This document shows, piece after piece, positions 25,975 to 39,240 of a stretch of DNA of 64,000 nt. The stretch comes from Felis catus (lineage: Eukaryota). Within the stretch, counting starts at the first letter, position 1; each line of letters starts with the position of its first letter. The stretch is from positions 180,112,001 to 180,176,000 of the forward strand of contig NC_058368.1 in NCBI RefSeq assembly GCF_018350175.1. Direction: 5' to 3'. Position numbers and translations under genes: made by a program. Below the pieces are notes generated by a model, which did not search any database, had not been told where the DNA came from, and saw only the letters and a program-made list of their open reading frames with translations.

Positions 25975-26310
25975 GGGGGGGGGGCATGATGGTGGAACAA
26001 GATGGAAGTCTTTTTTGCATCTCTCATCTCTGAGATGCAGCCAGATCAACACTAAACCATCTTGCACACCTAGAAAACCGATTTGAGGATTAACACAACA
26101 ATCTGCACAACCTGAACCACAGAACTCGGCAGGAACGCAACACTGTGAACTGGGAGAGAGAGAAGCCACAGAGCGCAGGGAGTGGATTTTGCTTGCAGAG
26201 AGAGGAGGGAGATGGGGGAAAGTACAGGAAAAGCAGCACCTCCCCCCAAAACCAGCTAGAGAGAAAAAGTAAGAGTGGAAACAGCCGCAGGGCAGGGACT
26301 GAACAAAAAA

Positions 26311-26450
26311 GGGAGAAAGGAGGAGAAAGGAGGAGAAAGGAGGAGAAAGGAGGAGAAAGGAGGAGAAAGGAGGAGAAAGGAGGAGAAAGGAGGAGAAAGG
26401 AGGAGAAAGGAGGAGAAAGGAGGAGAAAGGAGGAGAAAGGAGGAGAAAGG
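26311..26450. repeat. (AGGAGAAAGG)14 purine-only 10-mer tandem repeat
   Basis: 13 perfect units plus one variant first unit. Confidence 0.95.
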
Positions 26451-29199
26451 AGATGGTTTAAATTCCATTAAGACTCTAAACAGGGGAAGTGCAGAACCTG
26501 GAACTCCACAGCTCAATACCTGGCAGCGCTCTGGTAGGAAGAACAAATCCCTGAAAGCAAAGTGCGAGATCCGAGAGGTCCTTGAGCCACATAGGGAGAG
26601 GCGGTTCCCCTGCTGGGAAGACATTTGGTAGAGGCAGTGCAGCCTCCCCACAGGCAAAAGTCCCAGTGGACCCCAGAGAATGGCCACATTCACTGGTGTT
26701 GGAGTGAGGACATTAAGGGTGAAGCCTGGCACCAGATGAGTGTTGTGATTTGCCGTAGTCCCTGAAACACTGCTGCTACACAATCACATGAACATTTTCT
26801 GGGGCAGGATGGTGCCTGGCCACAGTCTCTGGGCATCATCAGCAGCACAGTCTCCCAAATGTTCCTGGGGGTGGGCCCGCACCTGGCCATTTCTCAGTAA
26901 GACCCTCCCCCAGAGGGTCAGAACAGGTCACAGTCCCTCAGAAGTGAGGTGTTGGGAAACGCAGCCCCATCTGAGATAAAAGTCAGGAGGGAGGTGCCCC
27001 CTGGCAGCCTGATGGCTTGGTTACAGACAGTGTAGAAGAGGGGAGTGGATGGAAGCTGGAGACAAAGGAGGGGTGATTAATTGCCTGTCGGGAAGAGCAC
27101 AGAGTCGATACTAGAGACTGGGTAGCTGGTTGACAATTTTCAAACCTCCGGCACATAAGCATACATGCCTACAGGCACCACAACAATCCACCCCAGTAAG
27201 TTAAGCAGCGCCACCTACTGGAGAACGGAGCTGTTACACTAAGTCCCACCCAACTGGGTCAACCACGATCTTGAGGAACACAAGTCTCTCTGCCTGCTTA
27301 GTTTATGGACTATAAAGTGCTTCATAGTTTGACTATGAAGGGGAAACCAGATGTAATTTCAATCATATTTGATTCTGTTTGCTGGTCCATCTGTTTTTTT
27401 CTTTTCTTATACTTGAATACAGAAAGAGAAAAAAATTTTATTTTCCATTTTTATTAAAAATTTTTATCTACTATATTTTTATTGTTTGTAAATTTTTTAT
27501 ATTCTATTTTATTTCCATTTCATTTTTTTCTATTTTATTCTACTCATTTTTTCAAATTTTCAAACGTTTTCCTTTTTTCCTTTTCTTATCTTGCTCTTTT
27601 TTCTCTAATCTATCAAGTTTCTTTCAACAACCAGACCAAAACACACCTAGGATCTAGCATCCTTTATTTGATTTTTTGTGTTGTTTTTAACTTTTTTTCA
27701 ACTTTATTAATTCCTTTTCTTCCTTCAAAATGACAAAAATGAAGGATTCACACCAAAAGAAAGAACAGGAATAAATTACAGCCAGGGACTTAACACAGAT
27801 ACAAGCAAGATGTTTTAACCAGAATTTAGAATCAAGATAATAAGAATACTAGCTGGGATTAAAAATAGATTACAATCCCTTTCTGAGGAGATAAAAGAAG
27901 TAAAAGCTAATCAGGGTGAAATAAGAAATGCTATAGTTGAGCTACAGTCTTGATTGGATGCCACAGCAGCAAAGATGGATAAGGCAGAGCAGCAAATCAG
28001 CAATATAGAGTAAAAACTTATGGAGAACAATGAAACAGGAAAAAAACAAAGAGGGAGACTAAGGCAAAAAGAGAATGATATAAGAATTAGAGAATTCAGT
28101 GACTCATTAAAAAGGAATGACATCAGAATCACAGGGATCCCACAAGATGAAAAGAGGAAAAAAAGGGGTAGAAGGTTTATGTGAGCAAATCATGGTGGGA
28201 AACTTTCCTAACCTGGGGAAAGACACAGACATCAAAATCCAGGAAGCACAAAGAACTCCCAAGATTCAACAAAAAACAACCATCAACAAGGAGTATCATA
28301 GTCAAATTCATGAAACACTCAGGCAAGGAAAGAATCATAAAAGCCGCAAAGGAAAAAAGTCCTTAGCCTACAAGGGAAGACAAATCATGTTTGCAGCATA
28401 CCTATCCACAAAAACTTGGCAGGCCAGAAAGGAGTGGCAAAATATATTCAATGTTCTGAAATGGGAAAATATACAGCCGAGAATTCTTTATCCAGCAAGG
28501 CTGTCATTCAAAATAGAAAGAGATATAAAGTTTCTGAGATAGACAAAAATTAAATTGAAGGAGTTTCTGACTACCAAACCAGCCCTACAAGAAATTTTAA
28601 GGGGGACTCTGAGAGGAGGAAAAAAAAAAAAAAAAAAAAAAACAGAAAAACAAAAAGACCAAAAGCAACAAAGACTACAAAGGACCAGAGAACACCACCA
28701 GAAACTCCAACTCTACAGGCAACATAATGGCAATAAATTCATAGCTTTCAGTACTCACTCTAAATGTCAATGGACTAAACACTCCAATAAAAAGAGTAAC
28801 AGAATGGATAAAAAAACAAGATCCATCTATATGCTGTTTACAAGAGACCCATTTTAGACCTAAAGACACCTTCAGATTGAAAAGGGGATGGAGAACCATC
28901 TATCAGGCTAATGATTACCAAAAGGAAGCCATAGCAGCCATACTTATATCAGATAATCCAGATTTTAAAATAAAGACTGTAACAAGAGATTAATAAGGGC
29001 ATTATGTCATAATTAAGGGGTCTATCCACCAAGAAGATTTAACAATTGTAAACATTTATGCTCCAAATGTGATACACCCAAATTTATAAATCAGTTAATC
29101 ACAAATATAAACTCACTGATAATACTACTATAATAGTAGGGGAATTGAACACCCCACTTACAGCAATGGACAGATCTTCTAAACAGAAAATCAACAAGG

Positions 29200-29435
29200 T
29201 TGGGGCGCCTGGGTGGTGCAGTCGGTTAAGCGTCCGACTTCAGCCAGGTCACGATCTCGCGGTCCGGGAGTTCGAGCCCCGCGTCAGGCTCTGGGCTGAT
29301 GGCTCGGAGCCTGGAGCCTGTTTCTGATTCTGTGTCTCCCTCTCTCTCTGCCCCTCCCCCGTTCATGCTCTGTCTCTCTCTGTCCCAAAAATAAATAAAC
29401 ATTGAAAAAAAAAAAAAACTTAAAAAAAAAAAAAA
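29200..29435 (+). mobile_element. Young felid SINE (SINEC_Fc-like) inside L1-B ORF2
   Basis: GGGGCGCCTGGGTGG head, (CT)n, A tail; perfect 15-bp TSD AGAAAATCAACAAGG (29185-29199 and 29436-29450). Confidence 0.95.
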
Positions 29436-30934
29436 AGAAAATCAACAAGGAAACAATGGCTTTGAATGACACATTGGACTGGATGAACTTAACAGATATA
29501 CACAGAACATTTCATCCTAAAGCAGTGGAATATACATTCTTCTTCAATGCACATGGAACCTTCTCCAGATTAGATCACATACTGGGACACAAATCAGCCC
29601 TCAACAAGTACAAAAAGATAGAGATCATACCATGCATGTTTTCAGACCACAGTGCTATGAACCACAAGAAAAATTTGGAAAGATAATACTTAGAAACTAA
29701 AGAACATCCTACTAAAGAATGAATGAGCTAACCAAGAAGTTAAAGAAGAAATTAAGAAGTACATGGAAGCCAATGAAAATAATAACACCACAGCCCAAAA
29801 CCTCTGGGACACAGCAAAGACACTCATAAGAGGGAAGTATATAGCAATCCAGGCTTTCCTGAAGAAGGAAGAAAGATTTCAGATACACAACCTAACCTTA
29901 TGCCTTAAGGAGATGGCAAAAGAACAGCAGATAAAACCTAAAACGAGAAGAAGGCAGAAATAATAAAGATTAGAACATAAATCAATGCTATCAAAACCAA
30001 AAAAAAGGAGGTTTGCAAGATGGCGGCTTAGGAGGACGCTGGGCTCACCGCGCGTCCTGCTGATCACTTAGATTCCACCTACACCTGCCTAAATAACCCA
30101 GAAAACCGCCAGAGGATTAGCAGAATGGAGTCGCCGGAGCCAAACGCAGACGAGAGGCCCACGGAAGAGGGTAGGAAGGGCGGCGAGGCGGTGCGCGCTC
30201 CACGGACTGGCGGGAGGGAGCCGGGGCGGAGGGGCGGCTCGCCGGCCAAGCAGAGCCCCTGAGTCTGGCTTGCAAAAGCGGAGGGGCCTGGCGGACTGTG
30301 TTCCCACAACAAGCGCGACTTAGCGTCTGGGAGGTCATAAGTTAACAGCTCTGCTCAGAAAGCGGGAAGGCTGGAGGACAAAGGGAGGGAGAGCTGCTGA
30401 GCCCCCTGACAACAGAGCTCAGTTTGCTGGGGAACAAAGGCGCTCGCCAGCGCCATCTCCCCCGCCCATCCCCCAGCCAAAATCCCAAAGAGAACCAGTT
30501 CCTGCCAGGGAACTTGCTCGCTCTGCGCAAACACCCAACTCTGTGCTTCTGCGGAGCCAAACCTCCGGCAGCGGATCTGACTCCCTCCCGCTGCCACAGG
30601 GCCCCTCCTGAAGTGGATCACCTAAGGAGAAGTGATCTAAGCCTGCCCCTCCTGCCCCTGTGCACCTTGCCTACCCACCCCAGCTAATACGCCAGATCCC
30701 CAGCATCACAAGCCTGGCAGTGTGCAAGTAGCCCAGACGGGCCACACCACCCCACAGTGAATCCCACCCCTAGGAGAGGGGAAGAGAAGGCACACACCAG
30801 TCTGACTGTGGCCCCAGCGGTGGGCTGGGGGCAGACATCAGGTCGGACTGCGGCCCCGCCCACCAACTCCAGTTATACACCACAGCACAGGGGAAGTGCC
30901 CTGCAGGTCCTCACCACGCCAGGGACTATCCAAA

Positions 30935-31819
30935 ATGACCAAGCGGAAGAATTCCCCTCAGAAGAATCTCCAGGAAATAACAACAGCTAATGAGCTGATC
31001 AAAAAGGATTTAAATAATATAACAGAAAGTGAATGTATAATAATAGTCATAAAATTAATCGCTGGGCTTGAAAACAGTATACAGGACAGCAGAGAATCTC
31101 TTGCTACAGAGATCAAGGCACTAAGGAACAGTCACGAGGAGCTGAAAAACGCTTTAAACGAAATGCATAACAAAATGGAAACCACCACAGCTCGGCTTGA
31201 AGAAGCAGAGGAGAGAATAGGTGAACTAGAAGATAAAGTTATGGAAAAAGAGGAAGCTGAGAAAAAGATAAAAAAATCCAGGAGTATGAGGGGAAAATTA
31301 GAGAACTAAGTGATACACTAAAAAGAAATAATATACGCATAATTGGTATCCCAGAGGAAGAGAGAGGGAAAGGTGCTGAAGGGGTACTTGAAGAAATAGC
31401 TGAGAACTTCCCTGAACTGGGGAAGGAAAAAGGCATTGAAATCCAAGAGGCACAGAGAACTCCCTTCAGACGTAACTTGAATCGATCTTCTGCACGACAT
31501 ATCATAGTGAAACTGGCAAAATACAAGGATAAACAGAAAATTCTGAAAGCAGCAAGGGGTAAACGTGCCCTCACATATAAAGGGAGACCTATAAGACTCG
31601 TGACTGATCTCTCTTTTGAAACTTGGCAGGCCAGAAAGAATTGGCATGAGATTTTCAGGGTGCTAGACAGAAAAAAATATGCAGCCGAGAATCCTTTATC
31701 CAGCAAGTCTGTCATTTAGAATAGAAGGAGAAATAAAGGTCTTCCCAAACAAACAAAAACTGAAGGAATTTGTCACCACTAAACCAGCCCTACAAGAGAT
31801 CCTAAGGGGGATCCTGTGA
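30935..31819 (+). pseudogene. L1-C ORF1 (frameshifted)
   Basis: MTKRKNSPQKNLQE..., coiled coil, ARHIIVKLAK, DLSFETWQARK; frame breaks near 31270-31400 and 31675. Confidence 0.88.
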
Positions 31820-31869
31820 GACAAAGTCCCAGAGACATCACTACAAGCATAAAACATACAGACATCACA

Positions 31870-34800
31870 ATGACTCTAAACCCGTATCTTTCTATAATAA
31901 CACTGAATGTAAATGGATTAAATGCACCAACCAAAAGACATAGGTTATCAGAATGGATAAAAAACAAGACCCATCTATTTGCTGTCTACAAGAGACTCAT
32001 TTTAGACCTGAGGACACCTTTAGATTGAGAGTGAGTGGATGGAGAACTATTTATCATGCGACTGGAAGCCAAAAGAAAGCTGGAGTAGCCATACTTATAT
32101 CAGACAAACTAGACTTTAAATTAAAGGCTGTAACAAGAGATGAAGAAGGACATTATATAATAGTTACAGGGTCTATCCATCAGGAAGAGCTAACAATTAT
32201 AAATGTCTATGCACCGAATACCGGAGCCCCCAAATATATAAAACAATTACTCATAAACATAAGCAACCTTATTGATAAGAATGTGGTAATTGCAGGGGAC
32301 TTTAACACCCCACTTACAGAAATGGATAGATCATCTAGACACACGGTCAATAAAGAAACAAGGGCCCTGAATGAGACATTGGATCAGATGGACTAGACAG
32401 ATATATTTAGAACTCTGCATCCCAAAGCAACAGAATATACTTTCTTCTCGAGTGCACATGGAACATTCTCCAAGATAGATCATATACTGGGTCACAAAAC
32501 AGCCCTTCATAAGTTTACAAGAATTGAAATGATACCATGCATACTTTCAGACCACAATGCTATGAAGCTTGAAATCAACCACAGGAAAAAGTCTGGAAAA
32601 CCTCCAAAAGCATGGAGGTTAAAGAACACCCTACTAACGAATGAGTGGGTCAACCAGGCAATTAGAGAAGAAATTAAAAAATATATGGAAACAAATGAAA
32701 ATGAAAATACAACAATCCAAACGCTTTGGGACGCAGCGAAGGCAGTCCTGAGAGGAAAATACATGGCAATCCAGGCCTATCTCAAGAAACAAGAAAAATC
32801 CCCAATACAAAATCTAACAGCACACCTAAAGGAACTAGAAGCAGAACAGCAAAGGCAGCCTAAACCCAGCAGAAGAAGAGAAATAATAAAGATCAGAGCA
32901 GAAATAAACAATATAGAATCTAAAAAAACTGTAGAGCAGATCAACGAAACCAAGAGTTGGTTTTTTGAAAAAATAAACAAAATTGACAAACCTCTAGCCA
33001 GGCTTCTCAAAAAGAAAAGGGAGATGACCCAAATAGATAAAATCATGAATGAAAATGGAATTATTACAACCAATCCCTCAGAGATACAAACAATTATCAG
33101 GGAATACTATGAAAAATTATATGCCAACAAATTGGACAACCTGGAAGAAATGGACAAATTGCTGAACACCCACACACTTCCAAAACTCAATCAGGAGGAA
33201 ATAGAAAGCTTGAACAGACCCATAACCAGCGAAGAAATTGAATCGGTTATCAAAAATCTCCCAACAAATAAGAGTCCAGGACCAGATGGCTTCCCAGGGG
33301 AGTTCTACCAGACGTTTAAAGCAGAGATAATACCTATCCTTCTCAAGCTATTCCAAGAAATAGAAAGGGAAGGAAAACTTCCAGACTCCTTCTATGAAGC
33401 CAGTATTACTTTGATTCCTAAACCAGACAGAGACCCAGTAAAAAAAGAGAACTACAGGCCAATATCCCTGATGAATATGGATGCAAAAATTCTCAATAAG
33501 ATACTAGCAAATCGAATTCAACGGCATATAAAAAGAATTATTCACCATGATCAAGTGGGATTCATTCCTGGGATGCAGGGCTGGTTCAACATTCGCAAAT
33601 CAATCAACGTGATACATCACATTAACAAAAAAAAAAGAGAAGAACCATATGATCCTGTCAATCGATGCAGAAAAGGCCTTTGACAAAATCCAGCACCCTT
33701 TCTTAATAAAAACCCTTGAGAAAGTCGGGATAGAAGGAACATACTTAAAGATCATAAAAGCCATTTATGAAAAGCCCACAGCTAACATCATCCTCAACGG
33801 GGAAAAACTGAGAGCTTTTTCCCTGAGATCAGGAACATGACAAGGATGCCCACTCTCACCGCTGCTGGAAGTTCTAGCATCAGCAATCAGACAACAAAAG
33901 GAAATCAAAGGCATCAAAATTGGCAAAGATGAAGTCAAGCTTTCGCTTTTTGCAGATGACATGATATTATACATGGAAAATCCGATAGACTCCACCAAAA
34001 GTCTGCTAGAACTGATACATGAATTCAGCAAAGTTGCAGGATACAAAAATCAATGTACAGAAATCAGTTGCATTCTTATACACTAACAATGAAGCAACAG
34101 AAAGACAAATAAAGAAACTGATCCCATTCACAATTGCACCAAGAAGCATAAAATATCTAGCAATAAATCTAACCAAAGATGTGAAGGATCTGTATGCTGA
34201 AAACTATAGAAAGCTTATGAAGGAAATTGAAGAAGATTTAAAGAAATGGAAAGACATTCCCTGCTCATGGATTGGAAAAATAAATATTGTCAAAATGTCA
34301 ATACTACCCAAAGCTATCTACACATTCAATGCAATCCCAATCAAAATTGCACCACCATTCTTCTCGAAACTAGAACAAGCAATCCTAAAATTCATATGGA
34401 ACCACAAAAGGCCCCGAATAGCCAAAGGAATTTTGAAGAAGAAGACCAAAGCAGGAGGCATCACAATCCCAGACTTTAGCCTCTACTACAAAGCTGTCAT
34501 CATCAAGACAGCATGGTATTGGCACAAAAACAGACACATAGACCAATGGAATAGAATAGAAACCCCAGAACTAGACCCACAAACGTATGGCCAACTCATC
34601 TTTGACAAAGCAGGAAAGAACATCCAATGGAAAAAAGACAGCCTCTTTAACAAATGGTGCTGGGAGAACTGGACAGCAACATGCAGAAGGTTGAAACTAG
34701 ACCACTTTCTCACACCATTCACAAAAATAAACTCAAAATGGATAAAGGACCTGAATGTGAGACAGGAAACCATTAAAACCCTAGAGGAGAAAGCAGGAAA

Positions 34801-35680
34801 AGACCTCTCTGACCTCAGCCGTAGCAATCTCTTCCTCGACACATCCCCAAAGGCAAGGGAATTAAAAGCAAAAGTGAATTACTGGGACCTTATGAAGATA
34901 AAAAGCTTCTGCACAGCAAAGGAAACAACCAACAAAACTAAAAGGCAACCAACGGAATGGGAAAAGATATTCGCAAATGACATATCGGACAAAGGGCTAG
35001 TATCCAAAATCTATAAAGAGCTCACCAAACTCCACACCCGAAAAACAAATAACCCAGTGAAGAAATGGGCAGAAAACATGAATAGACACTTCTCTAAAGA
35101 AGACATCCGGATGGCCAACAGGCACATGAAAAGATGTTCAGCGTCGCTCCTTATCAGGGAAATACAAATCAAAACCACACTCAGGTATCACCTCACGCCA
35201 GTCAGAGTGGCCAAAATGAACAAATCAGGAGACTATAGATGCTGGAGAGGATGTGGAGAAACGGGAACCCTCTTGCACTGTTGGTGGGAATGCAAATTGG
35301 TGCAGCCGCTCTGGAAAGCAGTGTGGAGGTTCCTCAGAAAATTAAAAATAGACCTACCCTATGACCCAGCAATAGCACTGCTAGGAATTTATCCAAGGGA
35401 TAGAGGAGTACTGATGCATAGGGCCACTTGTACCCCAATGTTCATAGCAACACTCTCAACAATAGCCAAATTATGGAAAGAGCCTAAATGTCCATCAACT
35501 GATGAATGGATAAAGAAATTGTGGTTTATATACACAATGGAATATTACGTGGCAATGAGAAAAAATGAAATATGGCCTTTTGCAGCAACGTGGATGGAAC
35601 TGGAGAGTGTGATGCTAAGTGAAATAAGCCATACAGAGAAAGACAGATACCATATGGTTTCACTCTTATGTGGATCCTGA
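31870..35680 (+). pseudogene. L1-C ORF2 (endonuclease/RT, disrupted)
   Basis: MTLNPYLSIITLNVNGLN, CCLQETH, GDFNTPL, YRPISL, FADDM; 384-aa and 553-aa open stretches; stops at ~32394 and ~33838 plus frameshifts. Confidence 0.92.
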
Positions 35681-35967
35681 GAAACTTAACAGGAACCCAT
35701 GGGGGAGGGGAAGGAAAAAAAAAAAAAAAAAAAAACAGGTTAGAGTGGGAGAGAGCCAAAGCATAAGAGACTGTTAAAAACTGAGAACAAACTGAGGGTT
35801 GATGGGGGGTGGGAGGGAGGAGAGGGTGGGTGATGGGTATTGAGGAGGGCACCTTTTGGGATGAGCACTGGGTGTTGTATGGAAACCAATTTGTCAATAA
35901 ATTTCATTTAAAAAAAATAAAAAAATAAAAAATAAATTAAAAAATTAAAAAATATTAAAAAAAAAAA

Positions 35968-38900
35968 CCCACCCCAAAACAAGCAAAAAAAACAAACAGT
36001 AGAACATATCAATGAAACCAGAAGCTGGTTCTCTGAAAGAATTAACAAAACTGATAAACCACTAGCCAGTTTGATCAAAAAGAAAAAGGAAATGACCCAA
36101 ATAAATAAAATCAAAAATGAAAGAGCAGAGATCACAACCAACACAGCAGAAATACAAATAATAAGAGAATATTATGAGCAACTCTACACCAATAAAATGG
36201 GCAAATTCCTAGAAACATAAAGTACCCAAACTAAAACAGCAAGAAATAGAAAATTTGAACAGACCCATAACCAGTAAAGAAATTGAATTAGTAATCAAAA
36301 ATCTCCCAAAAATACAGGAGTCCAGGGCCAGATGGCTTTCCAGGGGAATTCTATCAAACATTTAAGGAAGAGTTAACACCTATTCTCTTGAAGCTGTTCC
36401 AAAAAATATAAATGGAAGGAAAATTCCCAAACTCATTCTATGAAGCCAGCATTACCTTGATTCCAAAACCAGACAAAGACCCCAATAAAAAGGAGAACTA
36501 CAGACCAATTTCCCTGATGAACATGGATACAAAAATCTTCAACAAGATACTACCTAACTGGATCCAACAATACATTAAAAGAATTATTCACCACGACCAG
36601 TGGGATTTAGACCTGGGATACAGGGCTGGTTCAATGTCTGAAAAACAATCATTGTGATACATCACACCAATAAAAGAAAGGATTAAAAACCACATGAGCC
36701 TCTCAATAGATGCAGAGAAAGCATTTGACAAAACACAGCATGCTTTCTCGATAAAAACCCTCAATAAAGTAGGGGGATAGAAGGATCATACCTCAAGATC
36801 ATAAAAGCCACATATGAAAGACCCACCACTAATATCATCCTCAATGGGGAAAAAGTGAGAGCTTTCCCCTAAGGTCAGGAACACAAGAGGGATGTCCACT
36901 CTCACCATTGTTATTTAACATAGTATTAGAAGTCCAAGCCTCAGCAATCAGACAACACAAAAGGAATAAAATGCATCCAAATTGGCCAGGAGTAGTTCAA
37001 ACTTTCACTCTTCACAGATGACATGATACTCCATGTAGAAAACCCAAAAGATTCCACCAAGAAAACTGCTAGAACTCATCCATGAATACAGCAAAGTCAC
37101 AAGATATAAAAATCAATGCACAAATATCGGTTGCATTCCTATACACCAATAATGAAACAGAAGAGAAATTAAGGAATCGATCCCATTTACAATTGCACCA
37201 AAAACCATAAAATACCTAGGAATAAATCTAACCAAAGAGATTAAAAATCTACACACTGAAAACTATAAAAAGCTTGTGAAAGAAATTGACAATGACACAC
37301 ACAAAAAAATGGAAAGATATTCCATGCTCCTGGATGGGAGGAATATTGTTAAAAATGTCAATACTACCCAAAGCTATCTACACATTCAGCATAATGCCTA
37401 ATAAAATAACACCAGCATTCTTCAGAGCTAGAACAAACAATCTTAAAATTTGTATGGAACCAGAAAAGACCTCGAATAGCCAAAGCAATCTTGAAAGAGA
37501 AAACCAAAGCTGGAAGCATTACAATCCCACACTTTAAGATGTATTACAAAAATTTAATCAAGACAGTATGGTACTGGCACAAAAACAGACACTCAGATCA
37601 ATGGAACAGAATAGAGAACCCAGAAATGGACCCACAAACGTATGGCCAACTAATCTTTGGCAAAGCAGGAAAAAATATCCAATGGAATGAAGACAGTCTC
37701 TTCAGTGAATGGTGTTGAGAAAACTGGACAGCAACATGCAGAAGAATGAACCTGGACCACTTTCTTACCCCATACACAAAAATAAACTCAAAATGGACAA
37801 AAGACCTGAACATAAGACAGGAAACCATCAAAATCCTAGAGGAGAAAGAAGGCAAAAACCTCTTACTCAGGCAGAAACTTCTTAACACATCTCCAGAGGC
37901 AAGGGAAACAAAAGCAAAATCGAACTATTGGGACCTCATCAAAATAAAACTTCTGCACAGCAAAGGAAACAATCAGCAAAACTAAAGGGCAGCCAACGGA
38001 ATGGGAGAAGATATTTGCAAATGACATATCAGATAAAGGACTAATATCCAAAATCTATAAAGAACTTATCAAAATAAACACCCAGAAAACAAATAATCCA
38101 GTGAAGAAATGGGCAAAAGACATGAATAGACACTTTTGCAAGGAAGACATCCAGATAGCCAACCGACACATGGAAAATGCTCAACATCACTCATCATCAG
38201 GTACATACAAAATCAAAACCACAATGAGATACCACCTCACACCTGTCATAATGGCTCACATTAACAACTTGGGCAACAACAGATGCTGGCGAGGATGCAG
38301 AGAAAGAGAATCTCTGTTGCATTGTTGGTGGGAATGCAAGCTGGTGCAGCCACTCTGGAAAACAGTATGGAGATTCCTCAAAAAATAAAAATAGAACTAC
38401 CCTATGATCCAGCAATTGCACTACTAGGTATTTGTCTAAAGGGCACAGGAGTGCTGTTTCAAAGGGACAAATGCACCCCAGTGTGTATAGCGCGCTATCA
38501 ACAAGAACCAAAGTATGGAAAGAGCCCAAATGTCCATTGATGGATGAATGGATAAAGAAGATGTGGTGTGTGTGTGTGTGTATGTGTGTATATATATACA
38601 AAAATATATATGTGTAATATATATGTATTATATACATAGTGTACGTGTGTGTACATGTGTACATACGTGTGTACATGTGTATATGCACATGCGCGTGGTG
38701 CACATCATGTGCGTGTCTATATGTGTGCCTGCGTGCGTGTGCGTGCCTGCATGCGGGTGCGCGTGTATGTGCGTGTGTGTATATATGCGTATATATGTGT
38801 ATACATGCGCATGTGTGTGGGGCGCATTGCACGCGTTTGTGTGTATATATACATATGTATACAAAACACACACACACACACTGGAGTATTACTCAGCAAT

Positions 38901-39240
38901 CAAAAAGAATGAAATCTTGCCATTTGCAACTATGTTGATGGAACTAGAGGGTATTGTGCTAAGTAAAATTAGAAAAGAAAAATATCATATGACTTCGCTC
39001 ATATGAGGACTTGAAGAGACAAACAGATGAACATAAGGGAAGGGAAACAAAAATATAAAAACAGGGAGGGGACAAAACATAAAAGACTCATAAATATAGA
39101 GAACAAATAGAGGGTTGCTGGAGGGGTTGTGGGAGGGGGGATGGGCTAAATGGGTAAGGGGCATTAAGGAATCTACTCCTAAAATCATTGTTGTACTACA
39201 TGCTAACTTGTATGCAAGTTTAAAAATTAAAAATTAAAAT
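35968..39240 (+). mobile_element. L1-B 3' part (decayed ORF2 and 3' UTR)
   Basis: Resumes at ACAGTAGAACATATCAATGAAACC, the ORF2 position interrupted near 30000; ends in an AT-rich tail. Confidence 0.9.
38567..38880. repeat. ~310-bp degenerate alternating purine-pyrimidine tract, (TG)n...(CA)n
   Basis: Mixed TG/TA/CG/CA dinucleotides inside the L1-B ORF2 end. Confidence 0.9.

Larger units (their letters stand above)
25975..30006 (+). mobile_element. Full-length L1 (L1-B) 5' part: 5' UTR, decayed ORF1 (~27730-28610), ORF2 start (~28727)
   Basis: G-run 5' end; ORF1 peptides NFPNLGKDTDIKIQEAQRTP and QPRILYPARLSF; ORF2 peptide HGTFSRLDHILGHK. Confidence 0.9.
30007..35967 (+). mobile_element. Young near-full-length felid L1 (L1-C, L1_Fc-like)
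   Basis: CpG-rich 5' UTR starting GGAGGTTTGCAAGATGGCGG, ORF1, ORF2, G-rich 3' UTR, AATAAA and patterned A tail. Confidence 0.95.

Noticed and set aside
26145..26783. Repetitive-protein ORFs (EEKGGERRRK / PPFSSFLLLS)
   Set aside because: Translation of a stop-free 10-bp tandem repeat in an L1 5' UTR
30079..30866. Antisense ORF0-like ORFs in the L1-C 5' UTR
   Set aside because: Short, apparently non-ATG starts in GC-rich sequence; no supporting motif
38197..39006. His/Thr- and Cys/Val-rich ORFs up to 226 aa
   Set aside because: Artefacts of the alternating dinucleotide tract
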